Shown: piece after piece, positions 54,972-64,000 of the stretch
How positions within the stretch are numbered: the stretch's first letter is position 1
Layout of the letters: every line of letters begins with the position of its first letter
Source of the DNA: Octopus vulgaris
Taxonomy: Eukaryota
NCBI GenBank assembly: GCA_951406725.2
Contig: OX597821.1
Coordinates: 28,830,001-28,894,000, forward strand
DNA: 64,000 nt
Direction: 5' to 3'
Notes under the pieces: model-generated
The model's database searches: none
What the model was told of the DNA's origin: nothing
The model's input: the letters and a program-made list of their open reading frames with translations, nothing else
Position numbers and translations under genes: made by a program

Positions 54972-55790
54972 CGATGATGGAGGTGGTGGTGGTGGTGGTG
55001 GTTGTTGTTGTTGTGGTGGTGGTGGTGGTGGTGGTGATACTGGTGCTGCTACTGCTGTTGATGCTGATGTTGTTGTTGTTGTTGTTGTTGAGCGAACGGT
55101 CTTCGTCCCAGAGCTCCCAAGATGGGAGAAGTCCGAAACGTGGTCCTTTGCTATTCGTAAAACCTGCAGAAGAGAAAGCAGGTCAACCCCCGACACCGAG
55201 AGCATCGACGGATGGATGAATGCGCATCCAGGATCAGCGGTTGCGTAGGAAGTCGGGGACAAGAAACAAGAAGAAAGAGAGTGAGAGAAAGTTGGAGCGA
55301 AAGAGTAGAACAGGGGTCGCCACCACCCCCCTGCCGGAGCCTCGTGGAGCTTTAGGTGTTTCGTTCAATAAACACACACAACGCCCGGTCTGGGAATCGA
55401 AACCGCGATCCTCCGACCGTGAGTCCGCTGCCCTAACCATTGGGCCATTGCGCCTCCACTGCTGCTGCTGTTGATGCTGGCGGTGCTGTGGTGGTGGTTG
55501 TGCTGCTGTTGATGCTGGCGGTGTTGTGGTGGTGGTTGTGGTGGTGGTGCTGCTGCTGTTGATGCTGGCGGTGTGTGGTGGTGGTGGTGGTGGTGGTAGT
55601 GGTGCTGCTGTTGATGCTGGCGGTGCCGTGGTGGGGGTGCTGCTGCTGGTGCTGGTGGTGGCAGCAGCGGTGGTGGGTTGGTGACATCGTTGACAACATC
55701 GAGACCGACAAGGACGAAGATTAACGGTGGTAGTTAGTGATGAGGTGGAGGTTGATGGTGACAACGATGACGATGTTGATGATCATGTTA
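54897..55790. repeat. compound trinucleotide region (GTT/GAT/GGT/GCT)n around a SINE
   Basis: Direct reading, with recurrent TGCTGCTGTTGATGCTGGCGGTG units. Confidence 0.85.
55090..55459 (-). mobile_element. tRNA-derived SINE (family C, tail type 2) ending in (AAC)n
   Basis: 55259-55459 closely matches 238-435. The remaining ~170 nt is unrelated to 53-237. Confidence 0.85.
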
Positions 55791-56149
55791 CTTATCGATG
55801 GGCCAATACTGATTGAAGCAACGTCTACAATAGTTTTGGCCTGCATCATCATCCCATTGTCTTTTTTTTCTGTTTGATTTTTTTCAAATTTATTATATCC
55901 AATGTTTTTCTCCTTTAGACGTTGTGACTTGAGCTCGATTCGATTACTGCTTCCTGTAGCTCGAATATCAGTGTTGCGAGTTCACATTTGCCTCGTTGAT
56001 CCGTTATTTTTCCGCAATTGCGATGACAACTACGAACGACGGTCACGTGTCAAATCTTAGAAAAGCTTTACATATTTCACCAGTTCCGTTTACGAATTGT
56101 AACGTTCAGAGCACGTGGCAGCTAATCACATTCTTTGTCTGAAAACACT

Positions 56150-56880
56150 AAATTTTTTCAAGATTTCTATTTAGACGTTTGCAAACATAGCCAAATGCGC
56201 CAAGAAGAGAGAAAATGACGTTAGAAAATTTCGAGATCGATGATGATCTCGGGATATTAATGAGAGCCATCACCAAAAACGTCAGACGTCGGTGTGGACC
56301 GAAAGACCTTTGGTACACGAGGATGTTCCATGCAAATGGTAGGTACTGAGGAGAAGACAATTCATGTCCGCAGAGACACAGGAAAAACGTTCGACCAATG
56401 CCAAGCGATTACTTAAAGAGGTTAAAAACCGTCTCGAGCATTACATGCTTTGATTATTATCTGATGAAGAAAATTTGATCAAGACAAAAAGACTAACAGA
56501 ATAAATGACAAATGGTTATGTGTAGATTCAGCTAATGCCCCCAGACTGGTGAACATACCTGTATCTGCGATTGTGTTATAAGTTGAGAGTAACAAATATC
56601 ATGTCATACCAGCTCGCGTGTTTCCAACATGTCTTAGAATTAATGCTGCTGGATACACTGACGAGGCGGAGACAGTTGTTAAGCCCTCGATTAATGAGGT
56701 ACGCATTTAAAGGTCGTATGTGTTTCAACAAAACTCAGCACCCACGTAGCCTGAGGATGGATGTCAGGTAACTTCCGCAATCATATAACACAAAACTTGC
56801 CAAATTTAACTATCATGATTTACAACGCTTGGAATGAAAGAGATTTATATCGACATCCTCCTTGAAAGTTGCCATTGTCC
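56150..56880 (+). pseudogene. degraded Tc1/mariner-superfamily (maT/DD37D-like) transposase relic
   Basis: SDE.(K)FDQDKKTNRINDKWLC at ~56460-56522 and YVFQQNSAP at ~56717-56743. Boundaries approximate. Confidence 0.5.
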
Positions 56881-56904
56881 AGATAATATCCGAAATAATA
56901 CTTT

Positions 56905-57106
56905 CTACTTATAGACACAAGATCTGAATTTTGGGGAAGAGAACTAGTCGATCCCATCGACCCCAGTGTTTCACTTGTACTTAAATTATCAACCCCGAAA
57001 GGATGAAAAGCAGAGTCAACATTGGTGGAATTTGTACTCAGAACGTAGCAACAGACGAAATACTGCTAAGCATTTCGTCCAGCGTGCTAACGATTCTGCC
57101 AGCTCG
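56905..57106 (-). mobile_element. SINE family A, diverged
   Basis: GTACTTAAATTATCAACCCCGAAAGGATGAAAAGCAGAGTCAAC...GTGCTAACGATTCTGCCAGCTCG. Confidence 0.75.
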
Positions 57107-57540
57107 ACACAAACAATTCAGTGCAGGCATGTCAATGATTCTGATCTCACATTGAAACAATCATGGGAAGTTAAAGGCGAACTCGTGGAATAATGTTATA
57201 AGAAACCTTATCGAGAAAACGTGCACCAATTTTTATCAAAGCACATTTCGTTTTTGCTAGATTACAGTTTTATTAAATTATTAAATACCTCCTCAAATAT
57301 TACTCGCACATCTACTCTGATTATGTATTTAAATGTCCATCTTTTATTCTGAAGATGTTTTTGCTTTGTATATTCATCAAGTATATATATATATGGGAAT
57401 GCATTTATGTTTGTATTCAGGTTTGCAGGTATATAATTATGTATGTATATATATGTGTATGTATGCATGTATGTATGTAGGTAGGTATGAATGAATGCCT
57501 ATATCTATGCATGTAAGCATATATGTAAGTATGTATGTGT

Positions 57541-57705
57541 ATGGGGAGAATTCACAAAACAAAACAAAATACGAAGACAACAAACAGATGTATTAGTATA
57601 ACACTCGGGAAGTGAAAAAGTTTTTAACGTTTCGAGCGTACGCTCTTCCACAGAAAGAAACAAGAAGTGAAAATAAAGAATGTGTAGTTGCTAGCGATCT
57701 ATCTG
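57541..57705 (-). mobile_element. short element, GAAGAGC..GCTCGAAACG HHR family
   Basis: Minus strand TTTCTGTGGAAGAGCGTACGCTCGAAACGTTAAA at 57623-57656 (core mutated). Confidence 0.55.
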
Positions 57706-58420
57706 CACGTATGACTATTAATTTACTATTAAATATCAGTAAAACGCTATTGGTGCACAAAATTACCAGCACATCACCAGGAAAAAGTTACTGTTGGACT
57801 TGCCGAATTTCTAAGATGAATATTAATGTCATTTTGACTGTTTTAATATTGAATTATACTACATATACGCGTAATATACAGTGTTGTCTTACCACTGTAC
57901 CATATGTATTAATCATTTGAGAGTTGGTTGATGTGTACTTTTCAATTTTATACGGAAATTTTTCATTTTTCACTGTTTAAATTACAGTGCCGACCAAATT
58001 TATCATTCGTAAAAGTAATGATCTTGCATCTGTCATCATTGATACATTCATATAAATATTGGAACACCTGCACTGAATAAATATTACTGGCATATTTATG
58101 GAAGTGAGAATGCTTAATACATCAAGCTCAAGAATTAGAAGTGGGAAAATAGTGGCATATGATATTTTACAGTGACTAATGTTTCAACTTCTCATTATTC
58201 TTAATCCAAACTCTACTTTCTGTCAAGAATTCGGGTGGTAAATACCATGGTGATTAGAGAAGGGTTTATTAGCTGAATAAGAGTCAACCAAAATATTCAT
58301 ATACATTCGGAAACTTGACTGTTTTTGTTGAAGCAAAGCAATGCATAAACGAATAAAATCGTTTCTTTTTTTCATGGACATAAATTGAGAGTATACATAT
58401 ATATATGTATATACGCGCTT

Positions 58421-58424
58421 CTAT

Positions 58425-58492
<68 letters not shown>

Positions 58493-58545
58493 TTATCTAT
58501 CTATCTATCAATCTATCTATCAATCTATCTGTCTATCTACCTATA
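58421..58545. repeat. (CTAT)n
   Basis: Direct reading. Confidence 0.9.
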
Positions 58546-59399
58546 TATCTCACTCTTTCTCTCTATATATATATATACACACACGCACACATAGACGTAC
58601 ATACATGCATTCATCTATACACATGCATACACACACATATGTGTGTATGTGTATTTGAACGTGTGCGCGCACGTATATGTAAACCTGTTAGTAAGAGATT
58701 TTAAGACTGAGTAGTGAACAACGTATTGGTGGATAACTGTATTTTGCTAATAGTAGACTGCTGCCAATACGATACCAATAGTCGCAGATGAATGATTTTA
58801 CAATTATTCAATCGCAGTTCGAATAAAAGCGACAGCTCTGCCTTCTTTTATGCGAGAGTTCAATACGAGATTTCATCAGATTACAGATGATATAAAACAA
58901 AGGGACTGGCTATGTAAGTGAAGCGAAGCATTCATTAAGAGTCGATGGTATTGGTTGATTTCCCTCATGTAGTATGTTGGCCATAAAAGCGTGTTCGGAG
59001 TGGAAAGTGTCTTATGGAAACAAGAAACGTTCCAACTTGATAATCTATAAATAATAACATGATACATAATTGTACAATTAATATATCACCTGCGTGTTTA
59101 TATTCAATACAGAATAGTGTATATGTAGTAGAAATCATTTGAGGCCTACTATATACTATATTTCAGTATTGGACTTAAAGCGCAATATTTATTGTGCACA
59201 CTTGCTAGAATTTTGCATATGTATGTCACATGTGGGCAACAGTAAGTGAAGAAACACACACACACACAAACAAACAAACACACACACTTAAAAAGAGTCT
59301 CTGTCGTTTGTATTCTGTGTAAGTTGGATCTATTAATATAAATATCAATATATCTATACTGAAATATTCATCGAAATGAAATATTCATATATTCATATA

Positions 59400-59680
<281 letters not shown>

Positions 59681-60329
59681 TTATCTATATTACTATTCAT
59701 TTCAACTACACGTATCCATTTGCAAGTAAGTTTATCTTAACCTTTTTTATGTGACTTTACTCTATACTGTTTTCCCCCTATCCTCTAATTCCCTTTTTTC
59801 TCCCCTTTACCATTTTCCATCTGTGTGTGTCTCTCTCCTCCTTTTTCTCTTTTTCTCTATCTTGTTGTTCACACATGACCATCGTCCATCTTTCTTTTCC
59901 TCGCGTAACCACATCTTTTCCTGCTCGATGTTCTAAGGACTAGACGTATTTTATCTCCCTCTTCTACATTTCTTTTTCGCTCTCCGCTATCTTTTCACTT
60001 TTCAAAGAAAATATTTCTCCTAGCATTCACTATTTTCCTCTCGTTCTGGTCTAACGACTCTCCATGTTTGCTTTCCTTCGGTTTCTTTGTATTTTTCCAC
60101 TGTCCTGTTTTTGCTCCCAAGTTTGACCCTCCATAAATCAAAAATTTTATTTTGGGATTTATGGGAGCAACTGTCTTCGTAGACTCGTATTGTCGCTGAA
60201 TGCTCGAAATGAGGAGAAGATAGACAGCCGACAACTGATGAAGAGTCGTTCCCTGTATTACTTGTCTTGTTTTCCATTTTCCCTCGTTGTGTGCGTATTT
60301 AACTAGTTTGTTTTCGTATCTATCTAAAA

Positions 60330-61444
60330 CTCTCTTGGTTTCAAAGCGAAAAACTCTGAAATGTCAGTTTCGACGTCCTCCTAGCTTGCGAAAGTTATGT
60401 CCAATAAATGATTCTGTAAACTATGAAACGAATGGTTGTCTGAAGGAGTAAGGTCGGGAGAATAAGGTGGATGAAGAATTTTTTCCCAATCAAGCTCTTC
60501 GATCTTTTGCGATGTGATCTTTGCAGTGTGGGGTCGCGCATTGTTCTGATGAAACATCATTCCTTTTCAATTCAATAAAGCGGGTCTGTTTTATTTTTCT
60601 TCAAAGCTTGGTTGAAACGCTCTAACTGCTGGCAGCAGACTTGAGCATTGATTGTTGCATTAGGTGGTAACAATTCAAATTGAATTACTCATTTGCAATT
60701 CCACAATATAGAGAGAACCTTTTCCCCATGAAGTTCCCTTCTCGGTTGTGGTTGAGCTTTTCCCTTTTACCAAGCCACTGTTTACAACGCTTAACATTTC
60801 GATAGAAGATCCATTTTTCGTCACCAGTCACATGTCTATCTAAAAAGGGTGAAATTAATTCGTGAGAATAGAGAGAAGAGCAGCTGTCAACTCGGGATTT
60901 GCGGTTGCTTTCGAACAATTCACGAGGCACCCATTTTCCAAGTTTAGGAACCTTTGTAAGTTGTTGAAGATGACGATGAACAGTTGTATTGCCAATTCAT
61001 CAACTGATAATGCAGGATTTTCTTCAAGTAATGCCTCAAGGAGCTTATCATCAAACTCAACAGGACGTCATGTTCGATTCTCATCTTGAAGGCTGAAATT
61101 TCCACTTCTGAACTTTGCAAACCATCTTCTGCATGTTATTTCATTCAAGTATTCTTTCCCATAAACTGAGTGTATGCTTCGAGTGGCTTAGGCTGCAGAA
61201 TTTCCTTTTTTGTACTCATAAAGCTTTAAGGGTCTCAAATGCTCTTTGGATACTTCCATGTTAGAACGGGTTTTAATCAAAGAAATGTTAAGTCTATTAT
61301 TCTGTAAAATAATATTTAATTAGTTTAAGTGTACACAAATGCATAAAAATAATGCTAAATTCCATTAGACATTCTAAAATACTATTAAATTTCATTCAAT
61401 TTTTAAAAAAAGTAAAATCGGATAGAACTTATGGGATGACCTGA
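60330..61444 (-). pseudogene. mariner transposon, 3'-truncated
   Basis: 5' TIR ...GATAGAACTTATGGGATGACCTGA-TA. MEVSKEHLR start, VTGDEKWIFYRN, HQNNARPH, HPPYSPDLTPSD. Confidence 0.88.
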
Positions 61445-63621
61445 TAATGTATGTACATGTTTATGGAGTATGTTGTCACATACGTCTTTATATGCCTTTG
61501 TATACAAACATATCGATAAATTTGTTACTTCATTTGTTAAAATATAACTTAAGCTCTGCAGTAAAGCATTGTTTCACACTTGGCCTCTGCTCGTGTTTTG
61601 TGACTGAATAACGATTAACAAGTGCAATTCTTCAGTAGCTATTGTGTTATTTCAATTCGGGGATGGTTATGGGCAGCATTTTTATTACAAGAAAACCCTA
61701 AGCAAAGTGAAAACCACTTAGAGTAAGGACTATGAGGAATGAGAAATTAAGGCGTAAGGAATGAATTTACTTTAGTCATGAATGAGTTGCCCATAACAAG
61801 ACTTCCTTATCCGGGAAAGTACAACATCATTTGATGAAGACGCCACTGGAAGTTTCAGATCAGAAGAGATGGCACAAAGTGATCTGGAACTAAGAAAGGA
61901 AGTTCAGCAGAGTACTTCTTGTGGCGGTAACTGAAGGAAAGTCTGTTCTGCATTAGAGAATATATCTATTCGTAAGTTACATCCTGGTACGTTTGTCTCC
62001 CATATCTGATATGAGTATAAGTCCACAAAATATTTTATATAGTAGATATCTATGCACTCAATTTGTATTCATATTATATTCAATGCGCTGCACAAAAACC
62101 AAGGTAAAAAATATAAAATTCCAAGTATTTTCCATATTTCTTGTTTACTAACGCTAAATAAACAGTGATAGTTTCTATGGCTGTGCAATCAAACCTATGC
62201 AATTATACGAGTATGTTTCCCGTATGTGGATAAAAGTTTCAACATTTTCCTTCAATTTCCTTACACCATTTATGTGGCTGTTTCTGACAAGAAATTTCGC
62301 TTTCATGTAAAACAATTATATTTTGTAGTCATTATCTGTAATCTACTCCCCAAACACTTCAGCAGCTCTACTTTACATGGATTGAAAATTTATGTTCTAT
62401 GATCATTAAAAGTGCAATGACCTCTACAATAACCAGCCTTCAATTTGATTTTCCGTTCCTAGCTTAATCGTAAACAGATTGCCATGCTACGTATAAACCT
62501 TCTCGGTAGTTCAATTATTTGGTGAAAAAAATACCACGAAAGCAACTTAAACCGTCCGAAGGACGGGTGCGTTTGCTAGTCATTATATATTTGTGTGAAG
62601 CTTATATGCAGTAGCGTTATTGATGTCTTGTACATGATTTTCTTTTTCATATATGCATATAATTGTTACGATGAGAGTGTTCTGATGGAAGGGGAGTTTA
62701 AGATATATAGTGATGAATATGGTATAAAGGTGTGCTAAATTTCTTGTGCTTTTATGTTGCGGATTGAGTGGTAGGTAGGAAAAAAAGCCGGAGATTGCTG
62801 GGTTGAACTTGAGGTACGATTACGCCTGGAACGTGTTTAAAGTTTCGAAATTCAAAGCGTTTTATATATGGGGTGGTGATAATGTTGGTTCCCTTCTGCG
62901 TTTTACCGCCAAGGTCAATATTTCGTACGTTATATTTACTGATTTTAGCAAAGCTCTCACAATTCATGCGTGGATTATCCATTCTGCATACCTCTTGATT
63001 CCATTAAAATCCAGATAATAATATCGCATTACGCTTGCTTCTAGTACTGAGAGAAGCTACATGTTATGTGAATCTTTACTTGAGAGGCTTTGTCATGCCG
63101 CCAATATCGGGAATGTCATTCATCTGAAGTTAAATAATTGTTGTGAGGAGTTTAAATTATTGTAAAGATCTGTGAACTTATTATAGGGATGTAGCTATAA
63201 CAAATTTTAACAGAATTTTGGTATGATGAACTAAACTCTGGCATCATTCTACGTCGTTGGAATCTATTTTGGCGTACGTTCAGTATGTGCAATATTTTCA
63301 GTAAAGTTGTGATGTATAGAAAGGCTTTAATGCAGGTTTTTTTTAATCCATGGTTAAACTAGAAATACACCAGCTAATAGTAATTGTAAGTGATTTAATG
63401 ATTGATAGTGGGTGGTTTGTGACTGTATTAATGTAGGTAGTTTCTTCGTTTGGGTTATCAAACAGGCTGCATTTACTTGAGGTAAGATTTGCGTCAATAT
63501 TTACACACTTCGTGTTCTCTGTGACTTTTAGGTTAAGTAAATATCAAATTTTTTTATCATTTTAAATAGAAAAAAAAATTAGCTGAAGAATAGTACAGGA
63601 AGAATAATGCATAAAACCACA

Positions 63622-63698
63622 TAGATAGATATTTATATACATATATACATATATAAACAGACAGACATACAGACATGCAGACAGACAGACAGATAGAC

Positions 63699-63747
<49 letters not shown>

Positions 63748-63830
63748 TTTATATACATATATACATATATAAACAGACAGACAGACTGACAGACAGACAT
63801 ACAGACATACAGACAGACAGACAGACAGAC

Positions 63831-63920
<90 letters not shown>

Positions 63921-63925
63921 GTAGA
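63622..63925. repeat. (GATA)n/(GACA)n with a ~120-bp higher-order duplication
   Basis: ATATTTATATACATATATACATATATAAACAGACAGAC occurs at ~63629 and ~63745. Confidence 0.85.
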
Positions 63926-64000
63926 TCCTCTTTCCCTAGGGACATGTTAATACTAGAGTTTGGGAGATTTTTCTTGAGTTTATTTCTTATTTATAGTCGA

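Noticed and set aside
54815-55764. Poly-T/P/Q/H/D ORFs resembling a low-complexity protein
   Set aside because: Trinucleotide repeats plus a SINE, open in several frames on both strands, with no domain.
61780-61930. Purine-rich open stretch as a candidate exon or RTE remnant
   Set aside because: Short, with no diagnostic motif in any frame.

Overview
AT-rich animal genomic DNA dense in microsatellites and transposons, with no host protein-coding gene I can support. The repeat families and (TA)n/(CA)n/(GATA)n load resemble an octopus (coleoid) genome, which is inference from recall and not a search. Contents: two Penelope-like retroelements (PLEs; RT plus C-terminal GIY-YIG), one near-intact with direct pseudo-LTRs (3431-9305) and one forming a ~4.3 kb inverted repeat (30740-35020). 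There is also a degraded PLE relic and many short elements carrying minimal hammerhead-ribozyme (HHR) motifs that sit in (TA)n tracts, several as snap-back palindromes. Other elements: a 2.2 kb ORF1-only Tx1/L1-like element with a 16-bp TSD, a Tx1/L1 ORF2 3' fragment inside (GATA)n whose tail matches a SINE tail, several tRNA-derived SINE families, seven Tc1/mariner relics, a Helitron, MITEs and a 161-bp tandem array. Most ORFs in the supplied track are microsatellite artefacts. The most notable signals are the HHR/fold-back PLE system, the ORF1-only element and the shared LINE/SINE 3' terminus.
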